A stretch of 64,000 bases of DNA from Vicinamibacteria bacterium (GTDB lineage: Bacteria; Acidobacteriota; Vicinamibacteria; Marinacidobacterales; Marinacidobacteraceae), in NCBI GenBank assembly GCA_963422395.1, contig OY729431.1, forward strand, positions 1,792,001 through 1,856,000, read 5' to 3'. This document shows positions 39,259 to 49,096 of the stretch, one piece after another. The notes beneath the pieces were generated by a model. It did not search any database. It saw nothing but the letters and a program-made list of their open reading frames with translations, and was not told the origin of the DNA. The translations under genes were made by a program, and so were the position numbers. Positions within the stretch are counted from its first letter, which is position 1. Each line of letters begins with the position of its first letter.

Positions 39259-39454
39259 CTAGCAGCCCGTGGACAAAGTCACACGGCAGTCGACCGGCGA
39301 TGCCCAGTTCTCCCGGTGGGGGCCCCGGCTGAACCGCTTCGCTCGGCGTTGCGATTCCGTCGGAATACACCCGGTATGCCTCCCGATTCGCGCCTTGTCA
39401 GCCAGGCGCCTCCCCGGTCCCGGTGCTCGCGCCACTTCATCCACGGACTGCTAG
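39259..39454. mobile_element. Complete ~196-bp MITE with ~21-bp imperfect TIRs and CTAG at both ends
   Basis: CTAGCAGCCCGTGGACAAAGT ... ACTTCATCCACGGACTGCTAG; intergenic, no convincing coding capacity. Confidence 0.8.
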
Positions 39455-39526
39455 ACGGCGAGCGCCCGTTCTGCTATCCCGCCGGATGAGCGCTCCCGGC
39501 TCCGAGAGCCCGGAGCCCGGCATCGC

Positions 39527-40612
39527 ATGAAGGCCGTCATCCTCATCGGCGGTAAGGCGCTGCGGCTGCGCCCGTTGACTCTCCGCCGACCCAAGGCGAT
39601 CGTGCCGATCCTCTCCCAGCCCTTCCTCTCCACCCAGTTCGCGCTGCTCCGCCGTGCCGGGATCACCGATATCATCCTGTGCCTCGCCTCCCTGCCCCGC
39701 CGGGTCGAGGCGGCCTACGGTGACGGCGCCGCCTTCGGGGTCTCGCTCCGGTACGCCATCGAACCGGAACCACTCGGAACCGCCGGAGCCCTCCGGCGCC
39801 TTCGCGCGATGCTCACCGAACCCTTCGTCTGTCTGAATGGAGATGTGCTCACCGACCTCGATGTCCGAAACCTCGTGGAGACGCACGAGCGGGCCCAAGC
39901 GCTGCTGACCCTCACGGTGGCCCGAGTGGAGGATGCGGCAGGCTATGGCGCGGTGCGCATCGCCGCCGGGGAAGAGGGCGGACCACCGCGAGTGATCGGC
40001 TTCGAGGAGAAGGTCCGCGCCGGAACCCCAGGGAGGATCAGTGTGGGCATCTATGTCATGGCGCCCGATGTCCTCGACCGCATTCCGAAAGGGCGGGCGG
40101 CCTCGCTGGAATACGAGGTCTTTCCGAGCCTCGCGAGCGATGGCACCGGGGAGGAAAGCCGGGTCGCGGCCCACCGGCACCAGGGCTATTTCTCCGACAT
40201 CGGCACGCTTTCGCGCTATCACGCAGCGCACCGGGACGCCCTCGAAGGTGGAATTCGCATTCCCGGGGTGGGGACCCCGAACCCGGGAGGAGTCATCGTG
40301 GACGAAACCGCGTCGATCCACCCCGACGCCCGGCTGACCGGCCCCGCTTTCCTGGGCCCCGGCGCCCAGGTTCTCCCCGGAGCACGGATCGGCCCCTACG
40401 CCGTCCTCGGCCGGCGGGTGCGCATCGAGGCGAACGCTGCCGTCCGGGACTCCATCCTCTGGGCCGACACCAGGATCGGGGAAAGCGCCGAGATCTCCCG
40501 GACCATTTTCGGGGGGAGCAGCTTCGTCGGCCCGGGGGCGCAGGTCCAGGGCGCCGTCTTCGGCGACAAGAGCACCGTGGCCGGGCACAGCGTGATTCCA
40601 TGGCCATGCTGA
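39527..40612 (+). CDS. NDP-sugar synthase (mannose-1-phosphate guanylyltransferase-like)
   Basis: KAVILIGG..RLRPLT..PK, EPLGTAG, NGDVL, DIGT, C-terminal hexapeptide repeats. Confidence 0.88.
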   Translation: MKAVILIGGKALRLRPLTLRRPKAIVPILSQPFLSTQFALLRRAGITDIILCLASLPRRVEAAYGDGAAFGVSLRYAIEPEPLGTAGALRRLRAMLTEPFVCLNGDVLTDLDVRNLVETHERAQALLTLTVARVEDAAGYGAVRIAAGEEGGPPRVIGFEEKVRAGTPGRISVGIYVMAPDVLDRIPKGRAASLEYEVFPSLASDGTGEESRVAAHRHQGYFSDIGTLSRYHAAHRDALEGGIRIPGVGTPNPGGVIVDETASIHPDARLTGPAFLGPGAQVLPGARIGPYAVLGRRVRIEANAAVRDSILWADTRIGESAEISRTIFGGSSFVGPGAQVQGAVFGDKSTVAGHSVIPWPC

Positions 40613-41967
40613 CCGCCGCCGAATCGCAGGTCTTCAAGGCCTACGATGTTCGAGGGGCGGCGCCCGACCCGCTCTCCCCGGCGCTCGCCTGGCGGGTCGG
40701 CCGGGCGTTCGCCGACCAGCTCGGCGGAGGGCGCATCGGCCTCGCCCGGGACATGCGAACCACGAGCCCGGCCCTCGCCGCGGCCTTCGCCGGCGGCCTG
40801 CGGGAAGGAAAAGCGGAGGTGCTCGACTACGGCCTGCTGCCCACCGACGCCATGTGGTTCGCGGTAAGGCGCCACCGCCTCGACGGCGGCGCGGTCGTGA
40901 CCGCCTCCCATAACCCGGCAGGGGACAACGGCATCAAAATGGTCGGGCGCGATGCCGCTCCGGTCTTCGCCGAAACCGGCCTCCCGGATGTCCACCGGCG
41001 CGCCTCCCGGATCGATCCTCCCGCGGAGGGGGCGCTGCCGCGCCGAATCGTCGGGGCGCAACGGGATATCGCCGCCGAGTACCGCGCCTTCTTCGAGAGC
41101 GTCGTGGAGATCCCCAAGCTGCCGGCGCTCACCGTGGTCCTGGACGCCGGAAACGGCATGGGGGGAGTCATGGCGGAACAGGTGTTCGCTTCGGTGCCCG
41201 GCCGGCTGATCCCCATGAACTACGCACCGGACGGCACTTTCCCGAACCGCGGCCCGAACCCCATGGATCCGGCGAACCGGACCGCGCTCATCGCGCGCAT
41301 CCGGAGAGAGCGGGCCGACTTCGGGGTCCTGTGGGACGGCGATGCGGACCGCTGCGCCTTCGTGGACGATCAGGGCGGCTTCCTGCCGGCCGACTTCACC
41401 ACCGCACTGCTGGCGCCGCAGGAGATCGCCCGGGAGCCCGGCGCGAGGATCGTGTTCGATCTCCGCTCTTCGCGGGCGGTCCCCGAAGCGGTCCGGAGCG
41501 CCGGGGGAGTGCCCTGTGCGGAACGGGTCGGCCACGCCTATCTGAAGCGGCGGATGCGGCAGGAGGACGCCCGTTTCGGCGGAGAACTGAGCGGACACTT
41601 CTTCTTTCGAGCCGCCGGCTATGCGGACAACGCTCTGCTCCCGGTTCTCCTCATGATGGAGCGGATCCGCGACTCCGGGCTCGCGCTCGCAGAACTCGCC
41701 GCACCACTCCGCAGCCGCTACTTCACCGTGGACGAGCTGAGCCTTCGCGTCCGTGACTCCGACGGCGCCCTCGAAACCGTCCGGGCCGCGTTCCCCGGAG
41801 GCACTTGCGAATCCGGAGACGGAATCACGGTGGATTTCCCCGACTGGCGATTCACCCTGCGCCCGTCGAACACCGAGCCGGTGCTGCGATTGACGGTGGA
41901 GGCGTTCATTTCCGGGCTGGCCGAGCGGCGGCGCGACGAGATCGCGGCGATCCTGCGGACCGCTTAG
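40600..41967 (+). CDS. Phosphomannomutase/phosphoglucomutase
   Basis: FKAYDVRG, TASHNP, DGDADR, GGELSGH, RPSNTEP. Confidence 0.93.
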   Translation: MAMLTAAESQVFKAYDVRGAAPDPLSPALAWRVGRAFADQLGGGRIGLARDMRTTSPALAAAFAGGLREGKAEVLDYGLLPTDAMWFAVRRHRLDGGAVVTASHNPAGDNGIKMVGRDAAPVFAETGLPDVHRRASRIDPPAEGALPRRIVGAQRDIAAEYRAFFESVVEIPKLPALTVVLDAGNGMGGVMAEQVFASVPGRLIPMNYAPDGTFPNRGPNPMDPANRTALIARIRRERADFGVLWDGDADRCAFVDDQGGFLPADFTTALLAPQEIAREPGARIVFDLRSSRAVPEAVRSAGGVPCAERVGHAYLKRRMRQEDARFGGELSGHFFFRAAGYADNALLPVLLMMERIRDSGLALAELAAPLRSRYFTVDELSLRVRDSDGALETVRAAFPGGTCESGDGITVDFPDWRFTLRPSNTEPVLRLTVEAFISGLAERRRDEIAAILRTA

Positions 41968-41984
41968 CAGCCTGTGGACAAAGT
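41965..41984. mobile_element. Isolated left end of the CTAG MITE family at the PMM/PGM stop codon
   Basis: TAGCAGCCTGTGGACAAAGT matches 39260-39279 at 19/20. Confidence 0.72.
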
Positions 41985-42014
41985 GCCGCGGCGGCTAGAA
42001 TTCGCCCTCCTAGG

Positions 42015-42087
42015 GCGGGCGTATCTCAGTTGGCAGAGTACGAGCTTCCCAAGCTCGGTGTCGCGGGTTCGACCCCCGTCGCCCGCT
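42015..42087 (+). tRNA. tRNA-Gly(CCC), CCA not encoded
   Basis: Acceptor GCGGGCG/CGCCCGC + T73, anticodon arm CGAGC-TTCCCAA-GCTCG, GGTTCGA T-loop; TAGAAT upstream. Confidence 0.92.
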
Positions 42088-42097
42088 CCCCATCTCC

Positions 42098-42508
42098 ATG
42101 TCCATCTTCCGGCGCAAGGGCGGCAGCAGCGCGCCCGAAACGCTGCCGGCACCCCAGGACCATGCGCCGGGTGCGGTCTGGATCGGAGCCGGAGCGCGGC
42201 TCGAAGGTGAGATCGTCGTGAGCGACGACATCTGCATCCAGGGGCGTCTGGACGGCAGCGTCGAGAGTTCCTCCAATGTCACGGTTTCCGACAGCGGTGA
42301 GGTCGAGGCACAGATCCGGAGCCGGAATGTGGAGATCCACGGCAAGGTCGTGGGGAACATCGAAGCCACGGGGCTGGCGAAGCTCGGCCCCACCGCCTCG
42401 TTGACCGGCACCATCCACGCTTCCGGAGTGGATGTCCAGCCGGGGGCGGTCTTCGAGGGAACGATCCGGCTCCACGGCCGGCGCAGCGGCGGAAAGGACG
42501 CCGAATGA
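42098..42508 (+). CDS. Bactofilin (polymer-forming cytoskeletal protein)
   Basis: IGAGARLEGEI, IQGRLDGSV, IHGKVVGNI, GAVFEG beta-helix pattern. Confidence 0.9.
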   Translation: MSIFRRKGGSSAPETLPAPQDHAPGAVWIGAGARLEGEIVVSDDICIQGRLDGSVESSSNVTVSDSGEVEAQIRSRNVEIHGKVVGNIEATGLAKLGPTASLTGTIHASGVDVQPGAVFEGTIRLHGRRSGGKDAE

Positions 42509-42521
42509 GGGTCGAAAGCGA

Positions 42522-43637
42522 ATGAGAGTCGGCACCGTCAGGGAGATCAAGGACAGCGAGAATCGGGTCGGACTCGTCCCCGGCGGAGTGCACGCCCTGG
42601 TCGCGGCGGGGCACGAGGTGCTCGTGGAGTCGGGCGCAGGGCGCGGCAGCCTGATCGCCGACGCGGAATTCGACGATGCCGGCGCGCGCATCGTGAACAC
42701 CGCGGAGGATGTGTTCGGGACCGCCGATCTGATCGTCAAGGTCAAGGAAGTCCAGCCGCCCGAGGTGGAGATGCTCCGGAAAGGGCACATCCTCTACACC
42801 TACCTCCACTTGGCACCGCTCCCGGAGCTGACCGAGGCCCTGCTGGCGCGCGGAGTCACCTCGATCGCTTACGAAACGATCGTCGCACCCGACGGCACGC
42901 TGCCGCTCCTGACCCCGATGAGCGAGGTCGCCGGCCGGATGGCGATCCAGGAAGGCGCTCACCACCTGCATCGCTCCCGGGGCGGTTCGGGCATCCTGCT
43001 GGGCGGAGTCCCCGGCGTTCCCCGGGGGCGGGTAGTCATCGTCGGCGGCGGCGTGGTGGGGCTGAACGCCGCCAAGATGGCGGTGGGCATCGGGGCGGAG
43101 GTCACGATCGTGGAGAAGAGCGCCGCTCGGATGCGCTACCTCGACGATGTGTTCGGCGGCCGGGTCACCACCCTCAAATCGAGCGCAGTGACCCTCGCCG
43201 CGGTGCTTCGGGAAGCGGATCTCGTGGTCGGCGCGGTGCTCGTGCCCGGCGCCTCCGCCCCCCGGATCATCACCCGCTCGATGGTGGAGGTGATGCGGGA
43301 AGGCTCGGTGCTCGTGGATGTCGCGGTGGATCAGGGCGGCTGCGCCGAAACCACCCGTCCCACCACCCACTCGAAGCCCACCTTCATCGAACACGGCGTC
43401 GTGCACTACTGCGTCGCCAACATGCCGGGGGCCATGCCGCGCACCTCCACTTACGCGCTCACCAATGTGACCCTGGAGTACGCCCTCGCGATCGCCGATC
43501 ACGGGATCGAAGAGGCGGTCCGCCGCGACCCCTGCCTCCGCCCGGGCGTGAACACCTACCGAGGCCGCCTCACCTGCCGGCCGGTAGCCGACTCCCAGGG
43601 GCGGGGCTACCAGCAGCTCGAAGAGCTGCTCCACTGA
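42522..43637 (+). CDS. ald: Alanine dehydrogenase
   Basis: [46 protein letters not shown]. Confidence 0.96.
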   Translation: MRVGTVREIKDSENRVGLVPGGVHALVAAGHEVLVESGAGRGSLIADAEFDDAGARIVNTAEDVFGTADLIVKVKEVQPPEVEMLRKGHILYTYLHLAPLPELTEALLARGVTSIAYETIVAPDGTLPLLTPMSEVAGRMAIQEGAHHLHRSRGGSGILLGGVPGVPRGRVVIVGGGVVGLNAAKMAVGIGAEVTIVEKSAARMRYLDDVFGGRVTTLKSSAVTLAAVLREADLVVGAVLVPGASAPRIITRSMVEVMREGSVLVDVAVDQGGCAETTRPTTHSKPTFIEHGVVHYCVANMPGAMPRTSTYALTNVTLEYALAIADHGIEEAVRRDPCLRPGVNTYRGRLTCRPVADSQGRGYQQLEELLH

Positions 43638-43756
43638 CGGCGAAGGGAACCGGCGCTCCGGTTCCGGGAAACATCAGGGCGAAAGTCGTCAGGGCGGAAG
43701 ACATCGGGGCCGGGACGCGGATCCGGGAAGCTGGCGCCGCGCCCGCGAGTCTCCGG

Positions 43757-44506
43757 GTGCTCTTCGAGATCACCGAACCGGCCGCGGGGGCGGAGAACAT
43801 GCGCCGGGACGAGCTGCTGCTCGCCGGCGCGGCGACCGCCCCGCCGACCCTCCGGCTCTACCGCTGGTCCTGCACGACCCTGAGCCTCGGGTACGGGCAG
43901 GCGCTTTCGCAGGCTGCCGATCCCGCGGCGCTCTCCCGTCTCGGGATTCCCTGGGTGCGGCGTCCGACGGGGGGCCGGGCGCTCCTCCACCAGCCGGACG
44001 AACTCACCTACGCGTTCGCCGCCGGGCGGCAGCTCGCGCCCCGGTTACGCACCGCCTATGCCCGGGTGATGCGCGCCATCCGACAGGGCCTCGCCGCCTT
44101 CATCTCGCTCGATCCCCCCCGAGGCGAACCCGCGCCCGCTGGCGGATTCCCCGCCCGTCTCCCCTGCCTCGCCGTGGCCAGCGGGCACGAACTCACCGTG
44201 GACGGACGCAAGCTGGTGGCCGGCGCCCAGCGCTGGCGGCGGACCGCCTTCTTGCAGCACGGCTCGATCCCCTGGACGGTGGACCGGCGGCGGACGAACG
44301 AGGCCGCGGGGCTGCCGCCGGACTCGCAAGTCCACGCGGTCGGGCTGGCCGAACTGGCCTCGGCCGGAGAGGTCGCCGCGCCTCGCGTCGAGACGGTGGC
44401 GCGCGCGCTTTCGACCTCTTTCGCGCAAGAGTTCGGGGAAGGGCGCGTGGTAGTCTGTTCGGCTGCCCTGGATCACGCTCTCGATCCCGCTTCCGTCTCC
44501 CCATGA
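43757..44506 (+). CDS. Lipoate-protein ligase A/LipM family protein
   Basis: NMRRDE, LRLYRW, RRPTGGRALLH, GRKLVAGAQ, LQHGSI. Confidence 0.88.
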   Translation: MLFEITEPAAGAENMRRDELLLAGAATAPPTLRLYRWSCTTLSLGYGQALSQAADPAALSRLGIPWVRRPTGGRALLHQPDELTYAFAAGRQLAPRLRTAYARVMRAIRQGLAAFISLDPPRGEPAPAGGFPARLPCLAVASGHELTVDGRKLVAGAQRWRRTAFLQHGSIPWTVDRRRTNEAAGLPPDSQVHAVGLAELASAGEVAAPRVETVARALSTSFAQEFGEGRVVVCSAALDHALDPASVSP

Positions 44507-45405
44507 CCGATCCCGCTCCCGCCGAAACCCGCGACCCGACCGACCGAGAGTCTCCTGCCTCGGCCGCCGGAGACGTGGCGCCAGAGGCCGAACCAGCAGG
44601 AACAGAATCGGAAGGGGCGGAACCGGAATCGGAAGAACCAGGATCGAAAGAACCAGGATCGAAAGAATTCGCCGTGCTGCAGGAGCAGATCGAAACCCTG
44701 CACCGGGAGGCCGCCGAGGCCAAGGACCTCGCCCGGCGCGCCCAGGCGGACCTACTGAATGTGCGCCGCCGCGCCGACAGCGAGCGCAACACCTTCCGCT
44801 CCCGTGCGGTCGAAGATGTCTGCCGCAGCTTTCTGCCGGTGCTCGACGATCTCGAGCTCGCGGTCGCCGGGGCGGAGCGGACGACGTCCGGGGCCGGCGG
44901 CGACGGCCCGGCCTCCCCGAACCCACAGCTGGAGGCGCTCCGCGAAGGCGTGCGCCTCGTCCAGCGCCGTTTCACTGACATCCTCGCACGGCAGGGCTTG
45001 GTTGCGATCGAAGCCGAGGGGGCGCCGTTCGATCCGCGCCTCCACGACGCGGTGCACCAGGCGCCCGCTCGGCCAGGGCAGCACGAAGGCGAGATCGTCG
45101 AGGTGTTCCGCCGAGGCTATTCGCTCGACGGACGGGTGATTCGCCCGGCAACCGTGGTGGTCGCCGCACCGCCCGAGGATTCCGCCGCTGCGGAAGCTCG
45201 CTCCGGGGACGATCGAAATTCGGACCGGGCCGGATCGAACGGAGAGGCTGCCGCCGAGGGAATCGCGGACGACAACAACGCGAACGGCGGGGGTGCCGGC
45301 GGCGACTCTGCAGACGGAGATCGGTCACCGGATTCCGCCGCCGCGGGGGCGAACGGGACAGACCGCGGGGGCTCCGGCCCCGCGACCGAGCCCGTCCTCT
45401 CCTGA
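44503..45405 (+). CDS. grpE: Nucleotide exchange factor GrpE with long low-complexity termini
   Basis: RAQAD..NVRRR, LPVLDDLE, FDPRLHDAV, GY...RVIRPATVVV. Confidence 0.92.
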   Translation: MTDPAPAETRDPTDRESPASAAGDVAPEAEPAGTESEGAEPESEEPGSKEPGSKEFAVLQEQIETLHREAAEAKDLARRAQADLLNVRRRADSERNTFRSRAVEDVCRSFLPVLDDLELAVAGAERTTSGAGGDGPASPNPQLEALREGVRLVQRRFTDILARQGLVAIEAEGAPFDPRLHDAVHQAPARPGQHEGEIVEVFRRGYSLDGRVIRPATVVVAAPPEDSAAAEARSGDDRNSDRAGSNGEAAAEGIADDNNANGGGAGGDSADGDRSPDSAAAGANGTDRGGSGPATEPVLS

Positions 45406-45441
45406 TCCCGCGCCGGAGACTCCCCGGGGAACCGCATCCCG

Positions 45442-46641
45442 ATGCCAACCGCGACCGGACCCGATCTCTACGCGGTCCTGGGGGTGGACCGAGACGCCTC
45501 CCCCGAGCAGATCAAGCGTGCCTACCGAAAGCTCGCGGTCCGCTTCCATCCCGACCGGAACCCCGGCGACAAGAAAGCCGAGGAATCCTTCAAGCAGGCG
45601 GCGGAGGCGTACAGCGTTCTGGCCGACCCCGAAAAGAGGTCCCGCTACGACCGATTCGGCCGCGCCGGATTGGGGGCGGCGGGAGCACCGGTGAACCGCG
45701 AGATCTTCGCCGACTTCGAGGACCTCCTCCGCGGCGGCGTTTTCGATGTGTTCGGCGAAATGTTCGGAGCCGGGTCCAGAACCGGCGCCGGAAGCAGCCG
45801 GCGCGCCGCCCGCGGACACGACATCCAGTACGAGATGAACATCGGCTTCGCCGAGCCGCGCCAGAACAGCGAAAAACGCGTCCTGGTGTCGCGGTCGGAG
45901 ATCTGCGGCGCCTGCCGCGGGAGCCGCGTGGAGGCGGGAAAGCGCCCGGTCGTCTGCGGGAACTGCAACGGCCGCGGACAGGAGACCTTCTCCCGCGGCT
46001 TCATGATGATGAGCCGAACCTGCACCCGGTGTCGGGGCGCGGGAGAAATCGTCCGCGACCCCTGCCCCGAGTGCAGCGGCCGGGGCCGGACGCCCGCCGA
46101 ACGCGAGATCACCGTCCGGCTGCCTGCTGGCGTGGCCGACGGCAACCAGCTGCGGATCCCCGGTGAAGGCGAGCCCGGAGAAAACGGCGGGCCTCCGGGC
46201 GATCTCTATGTCCGGGTCCATATCCGCACCGCCAGCGGGCTCGAACGCGACGAGAACGATGTGACCAGCCTGGCCGCCATCAGCTTCCCCCAAGCGGCGC
46301 TCGGTGCCGAGATCGAAGTCGACACCATCTGGGGGCAGGAATCGATCCGCATTCCCCCGGGGACCCAATCGGGAACCGAGTTCCGCCTGCCCGGCAAGGG
46401 ATTCCCCGCACTCCGCAGCCGGGCGCGCGGAGACCACCGGGTTCGCATCCAGGTCGAAGTACCGCGAAGACTCAACGGAACAGCCCGCCGGGCGGTGGAG
46501 TCTCTTGCGGCAGCGCTCGCCCCCGGTTCGGAGAGGAAGTCCGGCGCCCAGGAAGAAGAGGACCGGGACGCAGAAGGCGGCGGCAAAGAGAGCGGGGGGG
46601 GCCGTCCCTCGCTCCTCGGCCGCCTGTTCTCGCCGGAATAA
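45442..46641 (+). CDS. dnaJ: Chaperone DnaJ
   Basis: J domain HPD, four CxxCxGxG-type repeats, GDLY. Confidence 0.96.
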   Translation: MPTATGPDLYAVLGVDRDASPEQIKRAYRKLAVRFHPDRNPGDKKAEESFKQAAEAYSVLADPEKRSRYDRFGRAGLGAAGAPVNREIFADFEDLLRGGVFDVFGEMFGAGSRTGAGSSRRAARGHDIQYEMNIGFAEPRQNSEKRVLVSRSEICGACRGSRVEAGKRPVVCGNCNGRGQETFSRGFMMMSRTCTRCRGAGEIVRDPCPECSGRGRTPAEREITVRLPAGVADGNQLRIPGEGEPGENGGPPGDLYVRVHIRTASGLERDENDVTSLAAISFPQAALGAEIEVDTIWGQESIRIPPGTQSGTEFRLPGKGFPALRSRARGDHRVRIQVEVPRRLNGTARRAVESLAAALAPGSERKSGAQEEEDRDAEGGGKESGGGRPSLLGRLFSPE

Positions 46642-46663
46642 CGGCTCTCCCGGAGCAGCGGGC

Positions 46664-47449
46664 GTGGCCGCTCCCCGGCGTTTCCTCGCTCCCGACGCCG
46701 CCGTCTCCGCGGAGGTTCGGCTCGACGCCGCCGAATCCCACCGCCTGCTCCGGGTGCTGCGCCTCGGTCCGGGGGCGCGGGTGGAAGTCTTCGACGGCCG
46801 GGGGCGCGCTTTCGCCGCCTGCTTCGCCGGCGCTGACGGCGAGGGGAACTGCCTGCTCGTCCGGGGAGCGGAACTGCCGCCGCGGGAACCGCCGGTCCGG
46901 CTCACCGTGGGACTCGCGATACCCAAGGGGGATGGCCTCACCGCCATCGCCCGCCAGCTCGCCGAGCTGGGCGTCACTGCGCTGATCCCGCTGACCACCG
47001 AGCGCTCCGAAGGCGCGGCGTCTCCCTCCCGCCTGCCCCGCTGGCGGGCCGCAGCGCTCTCCGGGACCCGGCAGTGCGGGCGGGCGCTGGTGCCCGAGAT
47101 ATGCCCGCCCGCCGCCTTCGGACCCTGGATCGGGGGCAGCCTGCCGCCGCAGCGCTGGATCGCCTCGCCGACCCCTCCCGAGGGCTCTCCCCGATCCGTC
47201 CGAGAGAGTCTCTCCCCGGGAGCCGCCGGCGCCGCACCATCTCGGGAAGAACTCGCGGAAGCGGCAGCGAAGTCTGCCGGGACATCCTCCATCGTCGTGC
47301 TCATCGGGCCGGAGGGAGGGTTTTCTCCGGCGGAGTTCGAAGCGGCTGCAGCCCGGAGATTCCGCCGCCTCGATCTCGGCGAACGCATCCTCCGGACCGG
47401 AACCGCCGCGCTGGTGGCCGCCGCGGCCTTCGTGACCCGCCGCCGATAG
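46664..47449 (+). CDS. rsmE: 16S rRNA m3U1498 methyltransferase
   Basis: RVLRL, ELGV, QCGR, IGPEGGFS, LGERILR. Confidence 0.92.
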   Translation: MAAPRRFLAPDAAVSAEVRLDAAESHRLLRVLRLGPGARVEVFDGRGRAFAACFAGADGEGNCLLVRGAELPPREPPVRLTVGLAIPKGDGLTAIARQLAELGVTALIPLTTERSEGAASPSRLPRWRAAALSGTRQCGRALVPEICPPAAFGPWIGGSLPPQRWIASPTPPEGSPRSVRESLSPGAAGAAPSREELAEAAAKSAGTSSIVVLIGPEGGFSPAEFEAAAARRFRRLDLGERILRTGTAALVAAAAFVTRRR

Positions 47450-47461
47450 CATCCTGCGCCG

Positions 47462-48400
47462 ATGTTCCTTCTCGGACAGCGCCTCGGGAATTACGAGGTC
47501 GAACGAAACCTCGGAAGAGGAACCTTCGGGGCGGTGTACCTGGTTCGGGATGTCTTCCTGCAACAGCGCCGCGCCATCAAGGTCCCGCACGACCAGAGCC
47601 CCGAAGGCCGCGAGGCACTGCTCCGGGAATCGCGGCTGCTCGCCGCTCTGGATCACCCGAACATCGTGCGGCTCATCGCCTGCGACGAACAGCAGGGAGC
47701 TCTCTTCGTGGTCATGGAATGGGTGGACGGCGAGCCGCTCTCCCGCCGCATCGAACACGACGCTCCGCTCGCCGCGGAGGCTGCGCTCCGAATCGCCGTC
47801 GGCGTGCTGTCGGGGCTCGAATACGCCCACCGCCACCGCCGTCTCCTCCACGGCGACCTGAGCGCCGACAACATCCTGCTCTCCTCCGGGGACAGCACCA
47901 AGATCACCGATTTCGGGATCGCCCGCACCGTTCAGGTGGCCGACCACGACGCCCGCTATCTGGGAAACCCGTACTACCTCGCGCCCGAGCAGTTTCGCGG
48001 CGAGGCGGTGTTCGCGTCCGATGTGTACTCGGTGGGGGTGGTGCTCTACCAGATGCTCACCGGAAAGCTCCCCTACTGCGACCCCGATCCAAAACAGCAG
48101 CGCCAGCTCGTCGAGGCCGGGAAAAACCGCCGCCCCCGGAAACGGAACCCCCTGGTTTCGAACGATCTCGATGCCGTGGTGGAGAAGGCGCTCGCACCCG
48201 ATGTCTCCGAGCGCTACGGCTCCGCGGACGGCCTCTTGAGCGACCTCCGGGAGATGGTTTCCTTCGGCCCCAGCCCCGAAGAACTGGCCGCGGTTCGATC
48301 GCGGATCCGCCAGGGGCAGCCCCGAAGACGAAAGGGCTGCTGGCGCTGCGGCCGCCCCCGGCACCCCGACGCCCGGTGCTGCGCCCACTGCGGCGTCTGA
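47462..48400 (+). CDS. Hanks-type Ser/Thr protein kinase with C-terminal zinc ribbon
   Basis: LGRGTFGAVY, AIK, HPNIV, HGDLSADN, DFG, YLAPEQ, SDVYSVG; tail CWRCG..CAHCG. Confidence 0.9.
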   Translation: MFLLGQRLGNYEVERNLGRGTFGAVYLVRDVFLQQRRAIKVPHDQSPEGREALLRESRLLAALDHPNIVRLIACDEQQGALFVVMEWVDGEPLSRRIEHDAPLAAEAALRIAVGVLSGLEYAHRHRRLLHGDLSADNILLSSGDSTKITDFGIARTVQVADHDARYLGNPYYLAPEQFRGEAVFASDVYSVGVVLYQMLTGKLPYCDPDPKQQRQLVEAGKNRRPRKRNPLVSNDLDAVVEKALAPDVSERYGSADGLLSDLREMVSFGPSPEELAAVRSRIRQGQPRRRKGCWRCGRPRHPDARCCAHCGV

Positions 48401-48451
48401 CGACGGACTCCCGAGCCCCCCGAGGGGATGTCATCGCGGTAGATTCTCCGC

Positions 48452-49096
48452 GTGCCCCCGCCTCCTTCCGCTCCGTCAGATACTCCGTCAGGGAGCCCTA
48501 CCCCCTGGAGTGCCGCCATCGGCATGCTGGCGCGGCGTGACCTCAGCGAGGGCGAGGTGCGCGCCCGGCTGCGCGAACGGAAATACCCCGACCCGGAGAT
48601 CGAAAGCGCCATCGCCCGGCTGCGCGAGCGCCGCTACCTCGACGACCGTTCCCTGGCGCTCGCGGCGGCGCGCCACCGCGCCGAGGGGCGGCTCGAGGGG
48701 CCGATCCGGGTGACGGCGCACCTCCGGCAGCGGCAGCTCCCGGACCTCCTCATCGAGGAAGCGGTGCGCGCCGCGTTCCCCGAGGGTGCCGAAGCCCGCC
48801 GCGCCGCCGCGGCGCTGGAGCGGATCGCCCGGACCACCAGTCGAAGCGCGGGCATCCGAAACGCGGACGCCCGAAGCACGGGGAACGCCTCCCCCGCCAG
48901 AACCCGGGAGCGGGTGCTGCGCCGCCTGCTCGCGCGCGGCTACTCGTGGGAGGCGGCACTCTCCGCTTGGACCGCACGCGAACAGAACCGCGGGGATCGT
49001 GCCGGTTGCGGCGGCGAGAATCCGGAAGCGAGCGGTGTCGGCTCTACCGCGGACTTGCCCGCTCCAGACTTGCCCGCCGCGGATTGGGACGCATGA
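48452..49096 (+). CDS. recX: Regulatory protein RecX
   Basis: LARRDLSEGEVRARL, YLDD, GPIR, LLARGY; precedes alaS. Confidence 0.85.
   Translation: MPPPPSAPSDTPSGSPTPWSAAIGMLARRDLSEGEVRARLRERKYPDPEIESAIARLRERRYLDDRSLALAAARHRAEGRLEGPIRVTAHLRQRQLPDLLIEEAVRAAFPEGAEARRAAAALERIARTTSRSAGIRNADARSTGNASPARTRERVLRRLLARGYSWEAALSAWTAREQNRGDRAGCGGENPEASGVGSTADLPAPDLPAADWDA

Noticed and set aside
41975-42001. MITE-derived -35 (TGGACA) for the tRNA-Gly promoter
   Set aside because: Spacing to TAGAAT is only 15 nt, so it is not claimed as a feature.
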